DNA of 64,000 bases from an uncultured Oscillospiraceae bacterium. GTDB lineage: Bacteria > Bacillota > Clostridia > Oscillospirales > Oscillospiraceae. The notes under the pieces were generated by a model. It was not told the origin of the DNA and did no database searches. It saw only the letters and a program-made list of their open reading frames with translations. The translations under genes were made by a program, and so were the position numbers. Shown here in pieces: positions 55,952 through 64,000 of this stretch (position 1 is the stretch's first letter; the number at the start of each line of letters is the position of its first letter). Where the stretch lies: NCBI GenBank assembly GCA_964472725.1, contig CAYYLZ010000001.1:3336-67335 (forward strand), given 5' to 3'.

Positions 55952-58051
55952 ATGAACAAAAAAGAAGCAAAAACCCGCGCCGCTGCACTTGTAGCGCAGA
56001 TGACCGTGGAAGAGAAGCTTTCCCAGCTTCTCTATAACGCGCCCGCCATCGAGCGGTTGGGCATAAATGAGCATAACTGGTGGAACGAAGCCTCCCACGG
56101 CGTAGCCCGCTCGGGCATGGCCACGGTGTTCCCCCACGCGATCGCTCTTGCCGCCACCTTTGACCCCGAGCTTATCGGAAGAGTGGGTGAGACCGTATCC
56201 ACCGAGGCTCGCGCCAAGTACAATAACAGCGTGAAGAAGGGCGACCGTGATATTTTCAAGGGTCTTACCTTCTGGACGCCCAATATCAATATTTTCCGCG
56301 ACCCCCGCTGGGGTCGGGGGCAGGAAACCTTCGGAGAAGACCCCTACCTTACCGCCGTGCTGGGTGTGGAGTACATAAAGGGGCTGCAGGGCGACGGCGA
56401 GTTTCTCAAATCCGCCGCCTGCGCCAAGCATCTTGCCGTCCATTCCGGCCCGGAGGCACTGCGCCACAGCTTCGACGCGGTGGCGGACGAGCATGACCTT
56501 TGGGAAACCTACCTGCCTGCCTTTGAGTGGGCGGTGAAAAGCGGCGTTGCGGGCGTAATGGGCGCCTATAACCGTACCAATGGCGAGCCCTGCTGCGCAA
56601 GCAAGCGGCTTATGCAGGATATTCTGATGGGTCAGTGGCAGTTCGACGGCTATTTCACCTCCGACTGCTGGGCGATAATAGATATCTGCAAGAACCACCA
56701 CTATACGGACACCATGCCCGAAGCGGCGGCGCTTGCCCTGAAAACCGGCTGCCATCTCAACTGCGGCGACGCTTACCGTGAGCTGATTGACGCTTACGAA
56801 ATGGATCTTATTGACGAGGCCGACATCGACACGGCTGCCGTAAAACTCTTCGAGATACGTCACCTGCTGGGCGAGTTTGAGGAAAACCGCCCCTATGCGG
56901 ATATCCCCTTTGATAAGTTGGACTGCGAGGAGCACCGTCAGCTGAACCTTGAAGCAGCCCGTGATTGCATGGTGCTGCTGAAAAACGACGGCTTTCTGCC
57001 CATCGACCCGGAAAAGAAGCATAAGATAGCCGTCATCGGCCCCAACGCCATGTCCACCATCGCCCTTGAAGGTAACTATAACGGTATGGCATCGGAATAT
57101 ATCACCCTCGCCGACGGCGTGCGTCGTGTGTTCGCAGACTCCCATATCCGTGTCGCCAAGGGCGCGAATATATGGATTGACGAGAAAAACTACTGCAACG
57201 GCTTTGCAAATATGATAAGCGAGGGCATAGCCTACGCGGAAAACGCCGATATAACTATCCTTTGCCTTGGCCTTGACTGCACCATCGAGGGCGAGGAGAA
57301 CGGCATGAAGAACGAGTACTTCGATGGCGGCGACAAGCTGCAGCTGCTTCTGCCGAAAACGCAGATAGACCTTGCTGAGGCGGTCTGCGATGCCTGCGAC
57401 AACGTTATCGTCGTTGTCCTTGCGGGCAGCGCCGTTGACCTTGGCGAAAAGGTGACAGGCAAGGCGCGAGCCATTATCCACGGCTGGTATCCGGGCGCAG
57501 TGGGCGGTCTTGCGGCGGCGGAGCTTATGGCGGGAAAATATTCCCCCAGCGGCAGACTTCCCGTCACATTCTATCGCAGCCTTGCCGACCTGCCGGAGTT
57601 TACCGACTACGCCATGGCAGGGCGCACCTACCGCTACTTTGCGGGCGAGCCTCTTTATCCCTTCGGCTACGGACTTTCCTATACCCGCTTTGCCTATTCC
57701 GATGTGAAGCTGGCAGGGGAGAACGAGGAGGAATATGAGATAGAGTTCAACCTTGAAAACATCGGCGGTATGGACGGCAAGGAAAAGGTGCAGATATACG
57801 CCGAATATACCGATTCCCGCACTGTAACGCCGCTGCGTCAGCTCTGCGCGGTCAAGTCCGTGAGCCTGAAAGCAGGGGAGGAGCGGAATGTAAGTATGAA
57901 GGTAAACAAATACTGGCTCAAGGCAGTCCTGCCCGACGGAAGCCGTACCGAACCCGACGGAAGCCTGTGCCTTTGGGTGGGCGGTCATCAGCCCGACCCG
58001 AGAAGCGCTCAGCTCTGCGGCAGCGAGCCGGTAAAACTTGAAGTGAGGTAA
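55952..58051 (+). CDS. glycoside hydrolase family 3 (beta-xylosidase/beta-glucosidase)
   Basis: MTVEEKLSQL, WGRGQETFGEDP and GYFTSDCWA motifs. Start at ATG 55952. Confidence 0.85.
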   Translation: MNKKEAKTRAAALVAQMTVEEKLSQLLYNAPAIERLGINEHNWWNEASHGVARSGMATVFPHAIALAATFDPELIGRVGETVSTEARAKYNNSVKKGDRDIFKGLTFWTPNINIFRDPRWGRGQETFGEDPYLTAVLGVEYIKGLQGDGEFLKSAACAKHLAVHSGPEALRHSFDAVADEHDLWETYLPAFEWAVKSGVAGVMGAYNRTNGEPCCASKRLMQDILMGQWQFDGYFTSDCWAIIDICKNHHYTDTMPEAAALALKTGCHLNCGDAYRELIDAYEMDLIDEADIDTAAVKLFEIRHLLGEFEENRPYADIPFDKLDCEEHRQLNLEAARDCMVLLKNDGFLPIDPEKKHKIAVIGPNAMSTIALEGNYNGMASEYITLADGVRRVFADSHIRVAKGANIWIDEKNYCNGFANMISEGIAYAENADITILCLGLDCTIEGEENGMKNEYFDGGDKLQLLLPKTQIDLAEAVCDACDNVIVVVLAGSAVDLGEKVTGKARAIIHGWYPGAVGGLAAAELMAGKYSPSGRLPVTFYRSLADLPEFTDYAMAGRTYRYFAGEPLYPFGYGLSYTRFAYSDVKLAGENEEEYEIEFNLENIGGMDGKEKVQIYAEYTDSRTVTPLRQLCAVKSVSLKAGEERNVSMKVNKYWLKAVLPDGSRTEPDGSLCLWVGGHQPDPRSAQLCGSEPVKLEVR

Positions 58052-58056
58052 CGATT

Positions 58057-59580
58057 ATGAAATACACATTAGGTATAGACGTTGGAACCTCCGGCACAAA
58101 AACCGTCCTTTTCGACACAAACGGACGGAAAATTGCCTCCCATACCATTGAGTACCCCATGTACCAGCCCAAGAACGGCTGGGCGGAGCAGGAGCCTGCC
58201 GACTGGTGGAACGCCGTGCAGGGTACGATAAAGGAAACCGTGACCAAAAGCGGAGTGGATAAGGCGGACATCGTGGGCATCGGCATATCCGGACAGATGC
58301 ACGGCCTCGTCATGCTGGACGCGGATAATAATGTGCTGCGCCCCTCTATAATATGGTGCGACCAGCGCACCGGCGAGGAGTGCGCCGATATTGAGCGCCT
58401 TGTGGGCAAAAAGCGCCTTATTGAAATTACCGCAAATCCCGCGCTGACGGGCTTTACCGCCTCCAAAATCATGTGGGTGAAGAAGCACGAGCCGGAGATA
58501 TACGCCAAGTGCGCCCATATCCTGCTGCCCAAGGACTATATCCGCCTTATGCTCACCGGCGAGTACGCCACCGAGGTGTCCGACGCCAGCGGCATGCAGC
58601 TGCTGGACGTACCCGGACGCTGCTGGTCGGACGAGGTGCTGGAGAAGCTGGGCATTGATAAGAAGCTGCTGGGCAAGGTTTACGAATCCCCGGAGATAAC
58701 CGGCTGCGTCACCGCCGAAGCCGCTGAAAGCTGCGCTCTCGCGGCGGGTACTCCCGTTGTGGGCGGAGCGGGCGATAATGCCGCCGCCGCTGTGGGCGAG
58801 GGCGTGGTTGCCGACGGCAGAGCCTTTACCACCATCGGCACCAGCGGTGTGGTTTTTGCCCATACCGATGACATTCAAATCGACCCCGAGGGCCGTGTGC
58901 ACACCTTCTGCTGCGCCGTTCCCGGCGCATGGCACCTTATGGGTGTCACTCAGGCTGCGGGACTTTCCCTGCGCTGGCTTCGTGACACCGTCTGCAGCGA
59001 GGAAATGGCTGAGGCCGCCGAAAAGGGCATTGACCCTTACGTTATAATGGACGAAGAAGCGGCCGCGGCCCCCATCGGCGCAAACCGCCTCTTGTATATG
59101 CCCTACCTTATGGGCGAGCGCACCCCCCATCTTGACCCGGATTGCCGTGGAGCATTTGTGGGTCTTTCGGCAATGCATACCCGCGGCGACATGGTGCGAG
59201 CCGTCATGGAGGGTGTCAGCTATTCTCTCAAGGACTGTCTTGGTATACTTGAAGGCATGGGCGCTGCTCCGGATACCATGCGCATCTGCGGAGGCGGCGG
59301 CAAGAGCGCTTTCTGGCGCAAAATGCTGGCTGACGTATACGGCGTACCTGTGCAGACCGTCGAGTCCGACGAAGGCCCCGCCCTTGGCGTTGCTATTCTC
59401 GCCATGGTTGGCGCAGGGGTTTATCCCACGGTCAAGGACGCCTGCGATGCCATAGTGCGCGTCAAGGATACCACCGAAGCCGCAGCGGAAAATACCGCCG
59501 AATACGCAAAGTTCTATGATATTTATACTAAACTCTACAGTCACCTGAAAGCCGATTTCAAGGCTTTGGCAATGCTGTAA
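58057..59580 (+). CDS. xylB: xylulokinase
   Basis: FGGY kinase N-terminus LGIDVGTSGTKTVLFD, GISGQMHGLV and GGGAKS-like GGGGKS. Adjacent to xylA. Confidence 0.85.
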   Translation: MKYTLGIDVGTSGTKTVLFDTNGRKIASHTIEYPMYQPKNGWAEQEPADWWNAVQGTIKETVTKSGVDKADIVGIGISGQMHGLVMLDADNNVLRPSIIWCDQRTGEECADIERLVGKKRLIEITANPALTGFTASKIMWVKKHEPEIYAKCAHILLPKDYIRLMLTGEYATEVSDASGMQLLDVPGRCWSDEVLEKLGIDKKLLGKVYESPEITGCVTAEAAESCALAAGTPVVGGAGDNAAAAVGEGVVADGRAFTTIGTSGVVFAHTDDIQIDPEGRVHTFCCAVPGAWHLMGVTQAAGLSLRWLRDTVCSEEMAEAAEKGIDPYVIMDEEAAAAPIGANRLLYMPYLMGERTPHLDPDCRGAFVGLSAMHTRGDMVRAVMEGVSYSLKDCLGILEGMGAAPDTMRICGGGGKSAFWRKMLADVYGVPVQTVESDEGPALGVAILAMVGAGVYPTVKDACDAIVRVKDTTEAAAENTAEYAKFYDIYTKLYSHLKADFKALAML

Positions 59581-59713
59581 TTATCCTTCAAATTCTTGTG
59601 AATATGCTTACGGGGCGCTGCATTATGTGGCGCCCTAAAATTTTTGTGATATTTTGCTCAGTTTGTTTGTTATATGGGTGATACATCAAATAAAAAGATG
59701 GGAGGTGACCCCT

Positions 59714-60217
59714 TTGGAACGGGAAAGGATAGATGAGCTGTTTCGCGCCTACGCAGATGATGTGTTCCGGCTGGCCTACAGTTATTTAGGCAGCCGTGCC
59801 GATGCGGAAGACGTGTGCCAAAGCGTGTTCCTTAAACTCACCGCCGATAAGATAAATTTGTGGCCGGGGCGTGAAAAAAGCTGGCTATTGAAGTGCACGG
59901 CAAACCGATGCAAAAATCACCTGAAGTCCTTTTGGAAACGACAGGTGGGCGCACTGGAAGAGAGTGTTCCATTTCGGGATGATGAAGACAGGGCGCTGCA
60001 CGACGCGGTGGCGGCGCTGCCGCCGGGATACCGGGCGGTGATCCACCTCTACTATTTTGAGGGATACGATCAAGGGGAGATAGGAGAGATTTTAGGCATC
60101 TCTCGTACAGCGGTTCAGACCCGAATGAGTCGAGCGAGAACCATGCTGAAAAAGGAGCTGAGTGATGATGAAAGAACGATATCGGAAAATGATGGAACAG
60201 GTAGCTTTGAGCGATGA
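59714..60217 (+). CDS. ECF-type sigma-70 family RNA polymerase sigma factor
   Basis: TTG start 6 nt after GGAGGTG. Region 2 DAEDVCQSVFLK and region 4 YYFEGYDQGEIGEILGISRTAVQTRMSRAR. Confidence 0.75.
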   Translation: MERERIDELFRAYADDVFRLAYSYLGSRADAEDVCQSVFLKLTADKINLWPGREKSWLLKCTANRCKNHLKSFWKRQVGALEESVPFRDDEDRALHDAVAALPPGYRAVIHLYYFEGYDQGEIGEILGISRTAVQTRMSRARTMLKKELSDDERTISENDGTGSFER

Positions 60218-61169
60218 AGCAAAAGCCCGCATTGCGGCAGAGCTGAGCGGAGAGAAGAAGGCGGCTCGAAGAGCGCCTTTACGTATCGTACTCGCCGCAG
60301 CCTGCGTATGCTTAGCACTGGCGGTCGGCGCGTTGGCGGTTGCCGGACTGCCGGGGGTATGGTTGGGCGAACAGGAGTCAACCGTGGAAAGATCTTCCTA
60401 CCGGGTGCAGGCGGAACTTGGCGAGTGGAACATAGAAACCATGGGGCAGCAGCTGCGAGAGGATTTGGCGGCGGATTCGCTGCGCCGAACCTTTGACGAC
60501 AGAAAGAGCCTTGAGGACTATATAGGCGTATCACTGATACGAAGCCCACTGCTTGAAGAGGCGGGAATTGTGGAGGATTTGGAGGAAAGCATTGAACATG
60601 GGTGGGATATTCGTCCTGAGCTGTGTGTGGATCCCGATGCCCGCTATGTGCTGACCGGCACTACGATGGACGGAGAGGAAATGAGCGGGACACCTGAGGT
60701 GCTGAAAGTCACCGCTCACCGAGTGGTGGAAAATGCGGAAGTGTATCTTGACGCCCGCATTGTTACCGACAGCGCCGATGCGCAGGCTCTGCAAGAGGGA
60801 TTGATGGGCGAAGAGTTTAGCCCGCTGCCGCATATTTGGTCTGACTTCGTCCGTGATGAAAACGGCTATTTTGTGACGGATAAAAAGGGAAGGCCAAAAC
60901 TGGAAGTCATAGAGTATAGCACGGCGGAAAAAACATTTGATGGCATTGAGCATAAAATGGCAAACGGCATCACTGCTACTATAGTTGTTGTGTGTGACGT
61001 GGAATGGGACGGCAGCCGAGGTTTTCAGGAGTATATCGGATATTTTGTCAGCGATGGTATTCTTTATACTATACGACCTTACGCCATTTATGATCCCCAC
61101 CAAAGCTTCCCTATGAATGACTACGATATGCTTAAAGTGCTAAAAACAGTGCTGGACTCTTTTTCTTGA
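60165..61169 (+). CDS. putative anti-sigma factor (single TM, extracytoplasmic domain)
   Basis: Overlaps the sigma gene end. Short cytoplasmic N-terminus, TM LRIVLAAACVCLALAVGALAVAGL. Exact start is uncertain (60162, 60165 or 60168). Confidence 0.5.
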   Translation: MMKERYRKMMEQVALSDEAKARIAAELSGEKKAARRAPLRIVLAAACVCLALAVGALAVAGLPGVWLGEQESTVERSSYRVQAELGEWNIETMGQQLREDLAADSLRRTFDDRKSLEDYIGVSLIRSPLLEEAGIVEDLEESIEHGWDIRPELCVDPDARYVLTGTTMDGEEMSGTPEVLKVTAHRVVENAEVYLDARIVTDSADAQALQEGLMGEEFSPLPHIWSDFVRDENGYFVTDKKGRPKLEVIEYSTAEKTFDGIEHKMANGITATIVVVCDVEWDGSRGFQEYIGYFVSDGILYTIRPYAIYDPHQSFPMNDYDMLKVLKTVLDSFS

Positions 61170-61180
61170 AATTGCATAAC

Positions 61181-61212
61181 AAAAGAGGAGTCGAAAGACT
61201 CCTCTTTTGTGC
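61181..61212 (+). terminator. rho-independent terminator
   Basis: aaaagaggagtc / gactcctctttt. Confidence 0.85.
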
Positions 61213-61406
61213 GTTGAAAGAATTATGTGAGCAGTGAGCTTTTAATATAGCCTTCCACCCTTCGGGGCGAGATTGAGCACAGCGGCAGGGGCACGCCCCT
61301 GCCCTGCACTTGTTGAATAAACTCAAATTATGTCCGTAGGGCTGAGGCGTGCCTCAGCCGTGATGTTAACGGATTTATATCGCTGCTTTTGACCCTCGGG
61401 CCAAAG

Positions 61407-62159
61407 CTATTCCCTCTGCCTTATGCTTACCTCGCCGCTGGAGAGGTATTCCTCGCTGCCGTCGGCGTAGCGTACAAGAAGGTGGCAGTGTTCGTTTATA
61501 TCAAGCGCTGTGGCGGGAATGGCCTCGCCGCCCCGCAGTACGTTTATCTCCTTGCCCAGCAGGAAACAGCGCTTGCGGTACTGGGGGTAATACTCCCGCA
61601 CGTCCATGTTTACGTGGAAGCGGGTGAAGTGATTGAGAAAGGCTGCCGCAATGCGCAGCCGTGCGTCGGCGGGGGCATTCTGCTCGGTGAAAACCGCACC
61701 CGCGATGTCCTTAAGCTCCTCGGGAAAGCCCTGCGGTGGTGCTATTACATTCACGCCCACGCCTGCCACTACGAAGCCACCCTGGGGAGAGCTGCCTGCC
61801 TCGCAGAGTATGCCGCAGACCTTGCGACCCTCCAGCCATATATCGTTGACCCATTTTATGTCCGCAGCCCTGCCGGAAACCTCCTCGATAGCAAGGGCTG
61901 CCGCCGCCGCTGCCGCGGTGGTGATGTGCTCGGTGGAAGCTTTCGGACGCAGCAGCAGGCTGAGATAAAGTCCGCTGCCCTCGGGGGAGAAGAAGCTGCG
62001 CCCACGCCGTCCGCGACCGGCGGTTTGGCTTTCTGCTATAATAACCGCGCCCTCGTCTGCGCCCTGCAGAGCACGCTCCTTTATCAGAGTGTTGGTGGAG
62101 CTGACCTCGCCAAGCAGCTCCACGGAAAGGGGTATCGCGCTGCGGAGATATTTTTCCAT
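61407..62159 (-). CDS. birA: biotin--[acetyl-CoA-carboxylase] ligase (no N-terminal HTH)
   Basis: GRGRRGRSFFSPEGSGLYLSLLLRP and KWVNDI motifs. Confidence 0.8.
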   Translation of the reverse strand: MEKYLRSAIPLSVELLGEVSSTNTLIKERALQGADEGAVIIAESQTAGRGRRGRSFFSPEGSGLYLSLLLRPKASTEHITTAAAAAAALAIEEVSGRAADIKWVNDIWLEGRKVCGILCEAGSSPQGGFVVAGVGVNVIAPPQGFPEELKDIAGAVFTEQNAPADARLRIAAAFLNHFTRFHVNMDVREYYPQYRKRCFLLGKEINVLRGGEAIPATALDINEHCHLLVRYADGSEEYLSSGEVSIRQRE

Positions 62160-62285
62160 GGGTGCACCTCCCGTTGACTTACTGCTGCAAGTATAATATT
62201 CCCGCAGGCCAATGTCAAATTTCTTGAGAAAGAAGAAAAACTATATTATAATGAAGAAAAACACAGTAGGAAAGGCGTAAACAGC

Positions 62286-62972
62286 ATGGAAGAGCATAAA
62301 ATAAAGGTAATCGCCCGCATTCACAGCGATTTCGATGAGAAATTCGGCATACCCCGACAGAGCGGACTTGCCCAGTCATTGAAAGCAACCATAGTGTTCG
62401 AGCCGGAGTTCCGCAATCCGGAGGCCGTGCGCGGCCTTGAGGATTATTCCCACATTTGGCTCATATGGCAGTTCTCCAAGGCGGTTCGTGAGGACTGGTC
62501 GCCCACGGTGCGTCCGCCCCGCCTCGGCGGCAATACCCGCATGGGCGTTTTCGCCACCCGTTCACCCTTCCGCCCCAATTCCATGGGGCTTTCCTCGGTG
62601 AAGCTGGATAAGGTGGAGATTGACCCGGAGCTTGGCCCCGTGCTCCACGTTTCGGGCGCAGATCTGCTAAATGGCACGCCCATATACGATGTGAAGCCCT
62701 ATGTGAAGTACGCCGACAGTCACCCCAACGCTCAAAGCGGCTTTGCCGATACGGCGGGGGAGCGTAAGCTTGAGGTGGAGTTCCCAGATGACCTGCTGCA
62801 GCGGGTTCCCGAGGATAAGCGCGCCGCCCTTACCGAGGTGTTGGCAAACGATCCGCGCCCCTCCTATCAAAGCGACAGCGAGCGCATTTATGGGCTTGCT
62901 TTTGCCGGACTGAACGTGAAGTTCACCGTGGACGATGGCGTGCTGTATGTAATTGATTGCGAGAAGAAATAA
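62286..62972 (+). CDS. trmO: tRNA (N6-threonylcarbamoyladenosine37-N6)-methyltransferase TrmO (TsaA family)
   Basis: FGIPRQSGL, YSHIWLIWQFS, RSPFRPNSMGLS and GTPIYDVKPY. Confidence 0.8.
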   Translation: MEEHKIKVIARIHSDFDEKFGIPRQSGLAQSLKATIVFEPEFRNPEAVRGLEDYSHIWLIWQFSKAVREDWSPTVRPPRLGGNTRMGVFATRSPFRPNSMGLSSVKLDKVEIDPELGPVLHVSGADLLNGTPIYDVKPYVKYADSHPNAQSGFADTAGERKLEVEFPDDLLQRVPEDKRAALTEVLANDPRPSYQSDSERIYGLAFAGLNVKFTVDDGVLYVIDCEKK

Positions 62973-63007
62973 AACAACAGGGAGTGCAGCGCACTCCCTG
63001 TTTTGCA

Positions 63008-64000
63008 TTATTGACTTAGCCGTTCAGTGCGCGAGTCCATTTCTTTGTAAAGCTTTGCGATGAAGATAAAGGACACGCTGGCGAGGATAATTTCGGTTGT
63101 GACCTGAGCGTAGGGCAGGCCGTAGAGGGGATAAATGCGGTTCATAAGGAACAGCAGCGGTATCTCCAGAACCACCTTGCGCAGCACGGCGAAGACAAGC
63201 GCCGCCTTGCCCATGCCGGTAGCCTGAAATACTGATACGGAGAAGAAGTCGATGGACAGCAGGGGCAGACCCAAAGTGAAGCCGCGCAGCAGCTTTACGC
63301 CGTGGTCGATGATGGTCTGGTTGTTGATGAACAGGGACACGAAGAAGCCGGGGAAAGCAAAGTACAGCAGCCCTGTGCCGATGATGATAACAAGGTTCGC
63401 CGCACGGGTGAAGCTGATGGCCTTTTTCACGCGGGGCACGTCGCCGCTGGAGTAGTTGTAGCCGATAAGCGGTGTTGCGCCCTGAGAAATGCCGAGAGTT
63501 ACGTACATGGGAACCATGTAAATTTTCTGGCAAATGCCCATTGCGGCAACCGCGTCAGCGCCGTAGCTTGCGGTGAAGTTATTGAGAACAGTCATACCGG
63601 TTACGCTGAAAAGATTCTGCAGAGCGGAGGGAACGCCTACGGAGAAAACGTCGCTGATAATGTCCTTGCGCAGAGAGAACTTTCTCGGGTCAACGCAGAC
63701 GAAAGTTTTGTAGCTCTTGCGGCCCAGCAAGACGGCGAAATAGCAGCAGGCGGCGCAGTTGGAGATAAAGGTGGCAAGACCCGCGCCCGCTGCACCCATG
63801 TTCAGACCCCAGGGGAGAATGAAAATGGGGTCGAGGATTATGTTCAGCACGCAGCCGCTCATAGTGCCTATGCTGGCGTGAGCTGCTGAGCCTTCGGCAC
63901 GTATGAACTGGGCAAGGGTGACGTTCACAACGGCGGGGATAGCGTTGGCGATGACCGCCCATGCCATATAGCCGTAGGCGTTGGCGAAGGTGGCCTCGTC
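63008..64000 (-). CDS. MATE-family efflux transporter (C-terminal part; runs off the window)
   Basis: Multi-TM sequence with a MATE-like repeat organisation. The frame is open beyond the listed Met at 63967. Confidence 0.7.
   Translation of the reverse strand, partial: DEATFANAYGYMAWAVIANAIPAVVNVTLAQFIRAEGSAAHASIGTMSGCVLNIILDPIFILPWGLNMGAAGAGLATFISNCAACCYFAVLLGRKSYKTFVCVDPRKFSLRKDIISDVFSVGVPSALQNLFSVTGMTVLNNFTASYGADAVAAMGICQKIYMVPMYVTLGISQGATPLIGYNYSSGDVPRVKKAISFTRAANLVIIIGTGLLYFAFPGFFVSLFINNQTIIDHGVKLLRGFTLGLPLLSIDFFSVSVFQATGMGKAALVFAVLRKVVLEIPLLFLMNRIYPLYGLPYAQVTTEIILASVSFIFIAKLYKEMDSRTERLSQ

Noticed and set aside
51688-59544. Long opposite-strand ORFs (51688..53142, 53246..54493, 54565..55959, 55928..57988, 58069..59544)
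   Set aside because: Each lies antisense to a gene with strong family motifs (the aldose epimerase, xylA, GH3 and xylB genes) or, for 51688..53142, to a 479-aa ORF sitting in the carbohydrate cluster. All are typical open antisense frames of GC-rich DNA.

Overview
The window has two parts. Positions 1 to about 27,000 are accessory DNA and about 27,000 to 64,000 are ordinary core genes. SASP, SLH-domain and ECF-sigma genes suggest a spore-forming Firmicute or Clostridia-type genome. This is my guess from gene content only.

The accessory part contains:
- a mobilisation remnant (SF2 helicase, short relaxase-like ORF)
- an AT-rich block with a truncated gene fragment
- an operon encoding an AAA+ ATPase, a J-domain-like coiled-coil protein and a HIRAN protein
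- several toxin-antitoxin-like or defence-like modules (nucleotidyltransferase+HTH, DUF4160/DUF2442/DUF2806-like, DUF3990/DUF3791-like, SWIM, HipA-like kinase)
- a complete type II-A CRISPR-Cas locus (cas9-cas1-cas2-csn2, 4 repeats and 3 spacers, divergent tracrRNA)

The most unusual signal is a module of about 134 bp present six times between 9.7 and 26.9 kb, always in the same orientation. The copies split the region into five cassettes, one of which is the CRISPR-Cas locus. Each copy carries a length-conserved 31-codon reading frame on the minus strand (30 codons in copy F). Two copies are joined directly to alpha/beta-type SASP genes. No recombinase lies between the copies.

A second signal is a duplicated leader of about 145 nt with four hairpins, compensatory substitutions and an anti-SD/SD alternative pairing, placed ahead of DUF3990/DUF3791-like genes.

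The core part encodes a peptide ABC transporter, cysteine desulfidase-like and GntR genes, a flavoprotein, an SLH protein, a MacAB-like efflux system, a ZIP transporter, glycoside hydrolases, xylA/xylB, an ECF sigma/anti-sigma pair, birA, trmO and a partial MATE gene.

All family names come from motif recognition by eye. No searches were run.
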